64,000 nucleotides of DNA, taken from NCBI RefSeq assembly GCF_006345805.1, contig NC_043010.1:3224001-3288000 (forward strand), given 5' to 3'. The translations under genes and the position numbers were made by a program. The notes under the pieces were generated by a model that worked only from the letters and a program-made list of their open reading frames with translations, made no database searches and had not been told where the DNA came from. Below, piece after piece: positions 52,482-64,000 of this stretch. The stretch is from Octopus sinensis. Taxonomy: Eukaryota. How positions within the stretch are numbered: position 1 is the first letter of the stretch; each line of letters starts with the position of its first letter.

Positions 52482-54182
52482 TGTAGGAATCTATGTATGT
52501 ATGTATGTATGTATTATGTCAGCTTGTTCCCTGGTTGCTATATGTTTATGCAAACCACCTCTAATGTTACAACTATGCATTCTTTTATTTAATTTGACAG
52601 AGACGAGGAAGAGATAGAATTCTTGTAGCTGAGATTTACCTCAGGAAATTGAGGTTAACATTGGAAATGACCAAATGTAAGAGACAATTTGAAAAAAATA
52701 TAGAAGTAAATAAATAAAAGAAGAATTAAAGAAATATGTGTGTGTGTGTGTGTGTGTGTATAAAAGAAACTGAAGCTGGCTTTGCTGTTCATTGTATAAC
52801 CGTTGGATGGTATTGAGAAACTGGCACAAACTAGGAAATGATAATGTGAGGTGGTGGTGGTGGTGGCGGTGGTTGTGGTGAGTGATAGTGGTGGTGGTGG
52901 TGGTGGCGGTGGTTGTGGTGAGTGATAGTGGTGGCGGTGGTTGTGGTGGTGAGTGGTGGTGGTGGTGGTGGTGGTGGTGGTTGTGGTTGTGGTGGTGAGT
53001 GGTGGTGGTGGTGGTGGTGGTAGTGGTGGTGGTGTTGTTGTTGTTGTTGTTGTTGTTGGTGGTGGTGGTGAGTGATAGTGGCGGTGGTTGTGGTTAGAGT
53101 GGTGGTAGTGAAGATGGTGCTGATGGTGGTGGTGGTGGCGGGGGGGCTTGGTGGTCAGTGATGGTGGTAGTGGTGATGGCAATAGAGGTGTAGTCAGTGA
53201 TGGCAGTGGTTGGTGATGCTGGTGGTGGCGGTGTTAGTGACAGTGGTGATAGTGGCGGTGGTAGTAGTGTTAGTGCAGTTGGTGAGGAGGTGATTGTGGT
53301 GGTAATGATGCTGATGGTGGTAGAAGTGTTTGGCAGAGTCTGCAAGAGTGATGCTGGCAATAGCATTGGTGGTGGTATTGGTTGTGTTAGAAGTGGTGGT
53401 GGTGCTGCTGTTGCTGCTGTTGCTACTGCTGCTGCTGCTGGTGATTGTAGTTGTGATTTTGGTAGGCTGTGTGGTAAGTAGCTTGCTTACCAGCCACATG
53501 GTTCCGGGTTCAGTCCCACTGCGTGGCACCTTGGGCAAGTGTCTTCTACTATAGCTTCGGGCCGACCAAAGCCTTGTAAATAGATTTGGTAGACGGAAAC
53601 TGAAAGAAGCCCTTCGTATATATGTATATATATATCTATATATATATGTGTGTGTGTGTGTATGTGTATATGTTTGTGTGTGTGTGTATGTGTATATGTT
53701 TGTGTGTCTGTGTTTGTCCCCCCAACATCGCTTGACAACCGATGCTGGTGTGTTTACGTCCCCGCAACTTAGCAGTTTGGCAAAAGAGATAAAAGAGAAA
53801 TGCTTATGGTTGTACATGAAGTTGTTTTTGTTGTCATTGTTGTTGTGTCACAGTATCTCCCTTTCTTCCATCGCCTTTATTTCAATTAATATTGAAAATA
53901 AGGAATTTGTTAAAATAACTTTTTCTATAAATAAGCTGGTGTTTGCAACGTAAATTAAGAGGAAAATGTGATGGAAAGTTTAAATTTAGATCCCTTTTCA
54001 AAATGAAGTTTGTATCTTAATACCAAGGACAGTCTCAGATAGGTTGAAGCTGGATAAACATCTGGGGACAATTCATTATGGCAATTTTTATGTTTGCAGT
54101 GGTTATTCTTCATCATCATCATCATCACATATGCGCATATGTACACACACACATACGTGTGTGTGTGTGTATATGTATACAT

Positions 54183-54225
<43 letters not shown>

Positions 54226-54235
54226 TATATGTATG

Positions 54236-54292
<57 letters not shown>

Positions 54293-54296
<4 letters not shown>

Positions 54297-55065
54297 TTAT
54301 CATCATTGTTTAACATCCACTTTCCATGCTGGCATACGTTGGACAGTTTGACTGGCAAGCTAGGAGGAGGCTGCATCAGGCTCCAATCTGATCTGGCAGA
54401 GTTTCTACAGCTGGATGCCCTTCCTAACACCAACCACTCTGAGAGTGTAGTGGGTGCTTTTTACGTGCCACCAGCATGGGAGCCAGTCAGGCAGCACTGG
54501 CATTGGCCATGACTATGATTTCACTTGACTCAAGAGGTCTTCTCAAGCACAGCATATTGCCCGATGATTGAAGGGTACTTTTAAACAGGCCAGTTATGCG
54601 ATACTGGCATCAGCCACAACTATGATCACACTTGGCTTGCCGGGTCTTCACAAGCACAGCATATCTCCAAAGGTCTCGCTCACTTGTCATTGCCTCTGTG
54701 AGGCCCAACATCCAAAGGTTGAGCTTCACCACCTCATCCCATGTCTTCCACAGGTTCCCTCCACTATTAGGGTGTGACACATCTTCATACAGCTGTCCTC
54801 ATCCATATGCAACACATGACCATACCAGCACAGTTGTCTCTCTTGCCACCACATCTGATGCTTCTTTTGTCCAACTTTTCTCTTGGGGCTCCTACACTCT
54901 CTCATATATGCACACTGACATTGCACATCCAGCAGAGCATGCTGGCTTCATTTCTTTCAAGCCAAGCCTACGCACGTCCTTAGCAGTCACAGTCCATGTT
55001 TCACTGCCTTGTAGCATGGCTGTTCACACACATTCATCATACAGTCTACTTTTCACTCTGAGCAA
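54293..55065 (-). mobile_element. RTE-clade LINE 3' remnant
   Basis: ERQLCWYGHVLHMDEDSCMK..VEGTCGR and a 3' UTR homologous to the 41.9-kb copy. Confidence 0.85.
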
Positions 55066-55814
55066 GAATACACACACACACACACATACGCAGACATGTC
55101 CATATGGACATGCATACATATACACACTCATACACAGACCTCAAATATATCCACATGCACAAATACCACATTCACACACACACACACACCAACATATATC
55201 TGCCCATCGTAGACTCGTGCACTCTGATGTACAGAGAAATTTATCCTCTCTCTCTCACACACACACACACGGATACCGAATCTGTGGTGGTGGTGGTGGT
55301 GGTGATGATGATGATGATTGTGGTAGTGGCGGTGGTGGTGATGTGGAAGTGGTTGAGGAGTAGCGCATGGAGGAAGCTCGTAAAAAAGCAAGAATTAGAA
55401 TTGTTTTAAAACAGAGAAGGGTGCCTATGATGTCTTGGTGGTGGTGGCTGCGATGGTGGTAGTGTTAAAAGATGGCTACAGAAAAGGAGTTTTTTTAATA
55501 TGGGGAATGGTATTTTTGACAGTTAATTTAATGATTATATAAAGAGAGAAAGAGAGAGAGAGAGAGAAACTTATATGTCTTGAGTGGCAAGTTTATCAGA
55601 ATCAGTTTATCCAGACATAATTGACCTGCCCTACCCCATTCCCATCTACAGAGAGAGAGAGTAAATAAACATAATAACAACAATAGAAGAGAAGGAAAAA
55701 AAATAGACAACACTCATAAACTAAAGAAAATAGATTATTTTGCTGTTCAGTCATGTTTGAAATTTCATACTTTGAATAGTTTTCTTATAAGCATTTAAAC
55801 CGTACATCCATGTA

Positions 55815-55894
<80 letters not shown>

Positions 55895-55959
55895 TATGTG
55901 TATATGTATATGTATATATATGTATATATGTATATATATATGTGTATATGTATATGTAT

Positions 55960-56006
<47 letters not shown>

Positions 56007-56015
56007 ATATATGTT

Positions 56016-56081
<66 letters not shown>

Positions 56082-56562
56082 TCTACTCTCTATCTCTCTC
56101 CATCTCTCTCATGCACGCATACACATACGCGTACATACACACATACTAACCTAATATATATACAAAAAATATATATATATGGCTAATAAAATAAACCTTC
56201 AAGTCAATAGCTATTAGGACAATGTACAGCAACTGTCAGGGAGTTTATTAACTTCAAGGTTATGAGTTCAAACCATCCTATTACAATCTGCCTTGTCGAT
56301 TAACCTATTCTGTTCTAAGATTGGAGGGTGGGGTGGGGGAGAAAAAGCATTAGACTATTGTAAAGTTACTATTATTACTGTTATACTTTTAATGAGTTCC
56401 ACTTTGTTTGCCATTCTTTTGAAGTTGGTAGAATTTACATGTTGCCTCATTCCCTACTGAAGTTGGTTTCCATGGCTTTCCAGCTGGATCAGTGAACTAT
56501 TTTCAGCAGAAAATTGGTTTGGAACCCAAACAACTAAAGAAAGCCGACCAGAAGATAGACAT

Positions 56563-56980
56563 GGCGCAGGAGTGGCTGTGTGGTAAGTAGCTTGCTAACC
56601 AACCACATAGTTGCAGGTTCAGTCCCACTGCATGGCATCTTGGGCAAGTGTCTTCTGCTATAGCCCCAGGCCGACCAGTGCCTTGTGAGTGGATTTGGTA
56701 GACGGAAACTGAAAGAAGCCTGTCGTATATATATATATATATATAAGTGTGTGTGTGTGTTTGTGTGTCTGTGTTTGTCCCCCTAGCATTGCTTGACAAC
56801 TGATGCTGGTGTGTTTACATCCCCGTCACTTAGCGGTTCGGCAAAAGAGACCGATAGAATAAGTACTGGGCTTACAAAGAATAAGTCCCGGGGTCGATTT
56901 GCTCAACTAAAAGGCGGTGCTCCAGCATGGCCACAGTCAAATGACTGAAACAAGTAAAAGAGTAAAAGAGTAAAAGAGTA
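56563..56980 (+). mobile_element. Full-length tRNA-derived CORE-type SINE
   Basis: A box TGGCTGTGTGG, B box GGTTCAGTCC, CORE-like CTTGGGCAAGTG, internal (TA)/(TG) tract, (AGTAAAAG)n tail. Further copies at 11435-11790, 11805-12230, 53463-53796 and 44025-44135 (+). Confidence 0.85.
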
Positions 56981-57653
56981 TGGAAGCTGAAACCAGCTCA
57001 AGGTTGTTGTGGTTATGGTTGACAAAACATTGCAGGTGGAATCCTTCTATGGGCAAAGACCAATTCAACCCTTACTGTCTCATTCAGGTGAAATATACTG
57101 GCTTAGGGCTGAAATACTTGTGATCCTGAGACACCTGTTGATGATACACAAGAGTTAACAGCATTGTGGTGGATTCAGGAGTGTGTAGAATACCTCTGAG
57201 TAATTCCTGCAGTTTCCATGTGGGTTAAAGCATCTTGATATTTATTTCAACAATACCAGTCATACACTGGGGGATGGTTTAACCAACTAGCTTTTGAACT
57301 GGCCATATCAGGCCCAAATATTCTATATGTTTTATGTTTGAACTGGACAGATCCAGCTCTCAGACATACCCTACAATGTCATTCTGAAAATGAACAACCA
57401 TATCATTTCTGACAAATGCCTAGAGAGTTTGTAGTGAATAATTTGATTGATAGAAACTGTGTGAAAGCCCATCATATATATATATGACTACACTCGCGGA
57501 GTGGTTGGCGTTAGGAAGGGCATCCAGCTGTAGAAACACTGCCAGATCAGACTGGAGCCTGGAGCAGCCCCTGGCTCCCCAGACCCCGGTCGAACCGTCC
57601 AACCCATGCTAGTGCGGAAAACGGACATTAAACGATGATGATGATAATGATGA

Positions 57654-57697
<44 letters not shown>

Positions 57698-58028
57698 TTA
57701 TATATATACCTATATATCTGTGTGTGTGTGTGTGTGTGTGCATGTGTATATATGTATATATATATTTATATTTAAACACACACATCTATGTGCATATACA
57801 TGTGTATGTTGTTGGGTCTTTGTTTGTGTTTGTCCCCCACTCCCTCACTGCTTCACATCCCTATGATATAGCAGATTGGCAAGACTGATAGAATAAGTTC
57901 CAGTAAAAAATAATTGCTGGGGTTCATTTGTTTAACCTAAACCCTTTAAAGAGCTGCTCTAGCTTGGCTACAGGGCAATCACTGAAACAAATAAAGGGTC
58001 AGTATATATATATATATATATATATATA

Positions 58029-58700
58029 ACATTAGTGTACATTTAAACAAATAAGAGGTGCCTTGACAGGACACCTAGCATACTAGAAGGACCAGTCAGA
58101 ATCCAAACCACGGTTAGGGGTAATTTTGAAGGGAGTGAAAAGTAAAAACATTTACCATATTTTGTTACCAGACCATCGTTTTGAACTTTAATTAGCAAAT
58201 GAAATAATTTGCCAGGCGAAGTTCTCATCAGTGGGTACACCAAAGATTAACATATAATTACGAGGCAGAAGAGTACATGTCTCATCTTTATATATTACAA
58301 TTTTTTCAAATCCACTGTGCAAGCGCAGTTTTGTCAGCAGCAAATAAAAATGTTTATTTACTTCAAAATTACTAAAATCATATTAGAAAACATATACAGG
58401 GCAGGAAAAATTATAGAAATTTTTTCTACTAGTGGCCTAGCAAGAAGAAAATAGTCAACTTTATATGAATAATATATAGTCTATATGGTAAATATTTTTA
58501 ATTTTTCATTCCCTTCGAAATTACTCCTAACCATGGTTTGGATTTTGACTGATCCTTCTAGTATGCTAGGTGTCCTGACAAGGCACCTCTTATGTGTTTA
58601 AATGTACACTAATTTTATATGAATAATATATAGTCTATTGACTAGGCCACTAGTAGAAAAAAAATTTCTATAATTTTCCCTACCCTGTATATTTTTCTTA
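58029..58700. mobile_element. Penelope-like pLTR complex with interleaved inverted segments
   Basis: Inverted arms 58031-58160/58483-58613 and 58392-58440/58642-58692, a 25-nt direct repeat at about 58460 and 58615, an internal hammerhead, and a (TA)n tract at the left end. Confidence 0.6.
58168..58234 (-). ncRNA. Minimal hammerhead ribozyme candidate (G12A-degenerate)
   Basis: Minus strand cca-CTGATGA-gaactt...aagttc-AAAAC gatg GTC-tgg: canonical CUGAUGA, 6-bp stem II base, GUC cleavage triplet, stem I cca/tgg; GAAA is mutated to AAAA. Confidence 0.6.
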
Positions 58701-60313
58701 TATATACACACACACACACACGTGTGTGTATGTATGTATTTGTATATACATCTCTCTCTATATGTATGTGTGTATACATTACATATATATAGTGAGAGAA
58801 ACAGGGGGGAGAGGGAGAGAGAGTTAGTGTAAATATGTATATACATTTATGTATGCTCACATGTGTGTGTATAGTTGACTGATCAATACTTTTTTTTTTT
58901 ACATGTGAACATGATTTACATGAATTAATAGTTGACAGGGGTGGAGCCAGGTGAATGGCTCCCAGCCTGTAATAAACATTATTTCTCAAACTGACTGGTT
59001 CCATACAGAGCAGCTGACAGAGAAGAACCCCTGTAGCTTATCTTTTTGTTTCATAAAACATGGAACAACTTAATGGAAGGATAATAGACCACACAATGTA
59101 ACTCATGATAGATTAGAAGGAAGTGCTAATCAGGGGCTTGAATCCAGTATTCATTTATAAATAATTAACTTTATTAAAGTAAAATATATTTATCAGCAAA
59201 TTTTATCATTGTTTTGTATGTGCTGTTTTTTGTTTTTGCGTATCTCTGATAACAGAAGGAGAAACAAAAAATATTATTGCTGTGATCATCATCATCATCA
59301 TCATCATCGTTTAACACCAATTTTCATGCTGACATGGGTTGGATGAGTTGAGAGGAGGTGGCTAGCCGAGGAACTCTCCAAACTTCAATTGTCTGCTTTG
59401 GCATTGTTTCTATGGTTGGATGCCCTCTCTAACACCATTCTTTGTTTTAAAGACGATAGGGTGCAATAATTTGGCTGCCATTTCCAGCAGAATGCAGAAG
59501 CTCTTTCACTGATTCAAACTTTCCTTTATTTTTTTTACACATTTTTGTATGTTTTTTGATATTGTGCGTGTGTGCATGCTTATGTGCATGCATGCTTGCA
59601 TGCATGCATGTGTGTGTGTGTATTTGCTGCAGAATGGAACTGGCTTCAAATTCAGTCCCACTGTATGCACCTTCAGTGAGTGTCTTCTACTATAACCTGA
59701 AGTCGGCCAGCGCTTTGAGAACGAATTTGGTAATGTGTGAAGAATCCTGTCATATTACGTTCTGAGTTCAAATTCTGCTGGGGTCGACTTTGCCTTTCAT
59801 CCTTTCGGGGTCGATAAATAAAGTACCAGTTTCCCACTGGAGTCAATGTACTCGACTTAATCCCTTTGTCTGTCCTTGTTTGTCCCCTCTATGTTTAGCC
59901 CCTTGTGGGCAATAAAGAAATACAAATGTGTGTGTTTATGTCTGTATGCATGAGTTGAAGTCTGGTGTAGGTAGTATGCTCCTTTTCTGAACACTATGCC
60001 ATGATTTTCCACTCTGTTTAGACTGACATGTCATAATTAGTTGTGACCAATTTATTGCCTTGGTACATATTTACAACACTTAACTGTTTTCAGTTTTTAA
60101 AAAATGTCTATTACAATTTTATGACCAGTTTAATAAACTTCAATAAATAGCTTATATATTTTTTGCAACATGCCCTATATGATTAATAACTGATCTACAC
60201 GAACATCAGATCACCATATATATAGTTGATTCCTACTTATTGCAACTGAGATTGGACATATAATTATTTACTGATATCTATCTATCTATCTATCTATCTA
60301 TATATATATATAT

Positions 60314-60545
60314 ATTTCTTTACTACCCACAAGGGGCTAAACACAGACGGGACAAACAAGGACAGACAAACGGATTAAGTCGATTATATCGACCCCAGTG
60401 TGTAACTGGTACTTAATTCATCGACCCCGAAAGGATGAAAGGCAAAGTCGACCTCGGCGGAATTTGAACTCGGAACGTGACGACAGACGAAATACAGCTA
60501 CGCATTTCGCCCAGCGTGCTAACGTTTCTGCCAGCTCGCCGCCTT
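60314..60545 (-). mobile_element. tRNA-derived SINE, second family (GCCTTTCATCCTTTCGGGGTCGAT core)
   Basis: Head GGCGGCGAGCTGGCAGAA...GAGTTCAAATTCC. Older copies at about 35-250, 3120-3300, 6058-6250 and 13930-14335 (two in tandem) on minus, and 59757-59921 on plus. Confidence 0.8.
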
Positions 60546-60982
60546 TCCTATATATATATATAGATGAGTATCACCTTATAGATTCATCACTGCTCTGTAT
60601 TCAACTGACACTTTGTTCAGAAACTTATGTATATAGAGTTCTATACCAGGTTATTAGTATTGCAATGCCTAAGCAAAATATTGAGCTATATATATATATA
60701 TATTATATATATATATATGTATAAGAGCATCCAGCTGTAGAAACTCTGCCAGATCAAGATTGAAGCCTGCTGCAGCCATCTGGTTTGCCAGCCCTCAGTC
60801 AAATCGTCCAACCCATGCTAGCATGGAAAGTGGACGTTAAACGATGATGATGATGATGATGATGATATATATATACATATGATTTTTTTTGCATGTTAGA
60901 CCACTGGAAATGTAAATTTTGATTGAATATTTTAAATTTAATTAAATTCCATTTCCCTTTTGATATGATTATACATACATAT

Positions 60983-61023
<41 letters not shown>

Positions 61024-61024
61024 G

Positions 61025-61345
61025 GACCACTCCGTCGGTTGCAACAATGAGGGTCTCAGCTGATCCGATCAACGGAACAGCTTGCTCATGAAATTAACAT
61101 GCAAGTGGCTGAGCACTCCACAAACACGTGTACCCTTAACGTAGTTCTCAGGGAGATTCAGCATGACACAGTGTGTGATGATGCTGGCCCTTTGAAATAC
61201 AGGTACTACTCATTTTTGCCAGCTGAGTAGACTGGATCAGCGTGAAATAAAGTGTCTTGCTCAAGGACACAACGCATCACTTGGAATTGAACTCACGACC
61301 TTACAATCATGAACCGAATGCCCCTAACCACTAAGCCACGCGCTT
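61025..61345 (-). mobile_element. tRNA-derived SINE, fourth family
   Basis: Minus strand GCGCGTGGCTTAGTGGTTAGG..GAGTTCAATTCC..GTGTCCTTGAGCAAGACAC; decayed relatives at about 6600-7050 and 31385-31500. Confidence 0.7.
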
Positions 61346-62660
61346 TCATGATACATTCATATATTTTCCGAATTTGCATAAATGTGTATAGTTGAATATA
61401 CATATATCAGTTGAATAAAGTTAAAACATCGTCTGATTTTCAGGTTTTTATTATGGTATTTAAAAAAAAATTATTTTTACAATGTTGAAGTGTGTTAAAC
61501 ATTAAAAAAATATATATATTGTAATGTTTATAAAGTTCAATTAGCACTTAGAAACAAGCAGAAAAAGGGGTGTACTATAGTAGATGATCCAAATACGAGA
61601 AACATACAACTTATAGAACTCAAAGGATTTCTGCTCAAGCAAAATTATCCTCTCCTACTTAGATGGTTACTTAGTTTTGATCATTTAGGTACTCGATCAA
61701 AACAAATTTGCCTATCATGAAACAAAGTGAAAGATTAACCTTCACCATTTAACAATCAGTTAATGACATGGATTAAAAAATACTTGTAAACAAATTACAG
61801 AAGCCTCCCATTAATTGAAATAACCAACTAAGCTTGCTCCCTCATAAAACCATTACACGTAAACTGCATGCTAATTTGTTAAAATAAGGGCAGGATCTAT
61901 TCCAGTAATATCAGTATTCCTGGCAAACTGTGACATTTAAGCTACATGTGGATTGGTCAAAACCATATTCCAAATCTCAAGTTACTAGAAGTATTAGAAG
62001 ATAGGGAATTCATTAGCTCTCTCCTTAACTAAAACTATTCTTTCCTTATAAGGGATTCTACTTCTGATTCCCTCAGTAAAAACAGATATATGAATACTCA
62101 TTGTGTTCCAGAATTAATTATCTATTTCAGTGAAATCAGACAATTTTTTTTAAAAAGCTTTTGTTTATCTTTATCATGTTTAACGTGTTAAAATGTATAA
62201 ATTTTTTAATTGTGTTTATAATTTTATAATTTTTATAATTTTTTTATAATTTCATTTTCATTCTTGTTGGGTCCCACTTATCTGTTCCACAACAGTTTTT
62301 TTTTTCAATTTGGCTGTAATTATTTTCTCTGCCACCAACCTTATGATGAAGCAATAATTTAACTTGAACTTAAAGAATGCATTCAATTAGCAGTTCACTT
62401 GAAATACTTCAAAATATGTTTCCCAACGCTAAAGATAGATAGGAAATTTGCAGGGATACAGACAGAGCACATGATGGAAGTTTTCAATAAAGTTTTGACA
62501 TAAGATTTATAAATCCATTTGTTTTGGTATCATAATTAATTAATGAACATAGAATTCTGTCAGTTTTTTTTTTCTTTTTAAATTTAATTTGTCTGATTTC
62601 ATTGAAATGGATATTTAATTCTGGAACACCCTATATATACACACAGACACTCACACACAT

Positions 62661-62698
<38 letters not shown>

Positions 62699-63201
62699 AT
62701 GCATACATATATGTTTAGACACACATAGACTTATATTTCATTTTCCTTCTCCCCAACCCTCTTTATCCAATGCAATTATTAAAATTGCAGCCCTTCATTC
62801 TCATACATTTACTGCTGCCCTACATTTCTCAGTAATCAGATTTTGTATGGGATGAGTTTATGTAAATACTATAGCATATTTCTGTAAATGGAATTTTACA
62901 AAATTATTATTACATTTATATGAATGGAAAGCTCACAGATTACAATGTAACCAGACGTATCAAAATTGATTTCTTTTTAAAATGTAATTATTTTATTCTA
63001 ATACAGCTGTGGTGTTTTCAAACTTATTTTGATGACAAGCCCTTGTAGTTCTAAAAATCTCAGGACCCATATTTTCATTTTGTGAACAACGCCTTCACCA
63101 TCAACCTAAATTCAATAAGGCATTAAATGCAACAAAATTTGTTTTAGAAAGAAAAATCATTTGAATAAATTCATCATCATCATCATCATCATCGTCATCA
63201 G

Positions 63202-63252
<51 letters not shown>

Positions 63253-63276
63253 TATTATCATCATCATTATCATCAC

Positions 63277-63318
<42 letters not shown>

Positions 63319-64000
63319 TTTTTTAAACATACACTTTTCCAAGTTTGCATGATTCACACAGAATTTATGACAGATTTCTTTATGGCTGGACACAATTTCT
63401 ACTGCAATCCCACATCAATTTCCAAGTAAGGTAATATTCACCCTCGGTCAGACATGTTTTCACGGAAGACTGGAAATAAATTATACCGCATGTATGATGG
63501 TAATGCTCATTTACAACAATCACAAAATATTAAGTCAAACACATATATAAGGCAGTTCATAAATATTCTTTCCACTTCTGTAATTTATTGTATCATCTAG
63601 ATGAGTTACATGCAACCAATGGAGACCATGTGGAAGCATTCTGATATTTCCAATAAAACTTTATTTGTTTGCCAATAAACTCTGTGGAGTTACCCTTATT
63701 TGGGGGGAGGAGTTAAGTTCATTACATCAATCTCAGTGGTCAATTTTCATTAAATTGAAGGATTACTCAAATGGTAGAATACAAATTTATTATTCTTTAA
63801 GAAGAAGAATATTGACAGTGACTTCGAAGTTTTATACAACTAAGCCATAATCTAACTGTGAAGTATTTGAGTTCATCTTGGCTTTATATTGTGTCTGTTA
63901 AGCTCAAATTTTCTAGGGAATGATAATTAGGTTTTATGGCATGGTAGGTTGTGATGACATAATGTTATGAAGAATTTTCATTGTTTGAATTTATTCCTGC

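Noticed and set aside
61350-63100. Largely repeat-free AT-rich stretch, possibly the UTR or intron of a neighbouring gene
   Set aside because: No ORF, splice pattern or motif that I can support.

Overview
AT-rich, microsatellite- and transposon-dense eukaryotic DNA. The repeat content and the protocadherin type point to a coleoid cephalopod, most likely Octopus (inference). The only supportable host gene is a minus-strand protocadherin: one large exon (19397-17019: signal peptide, 6 cadherin repeats, TM, start of the cytoplasmic tail), a 166-nt cytoplasmic exon missed by the ORF track (16062-15897) and a probable tiny terminal exon. The rest is SINEs, LINE remnants (RTE, R4/Dong, CR1, a decayed ORF1), Tc1/mariner fossils, MITEs, Helitron-like elements and simple repeats; nearly all other ORFs in the track are microsatellite or transposon artefacts. 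The most notable signal is a set of short elements sitting in (TA)n tracts. Several carry minimal type-I hammerhead-ribozyme folds and long fold-back arms (Penelope pLTR/retrozyme-like), and one has a compensatory G3:C8 catalytic-core swap. There is also a 660-bp satellite that appears to have grown out of a SINE Pol III A-box. All structures were folded by eye, not computed.
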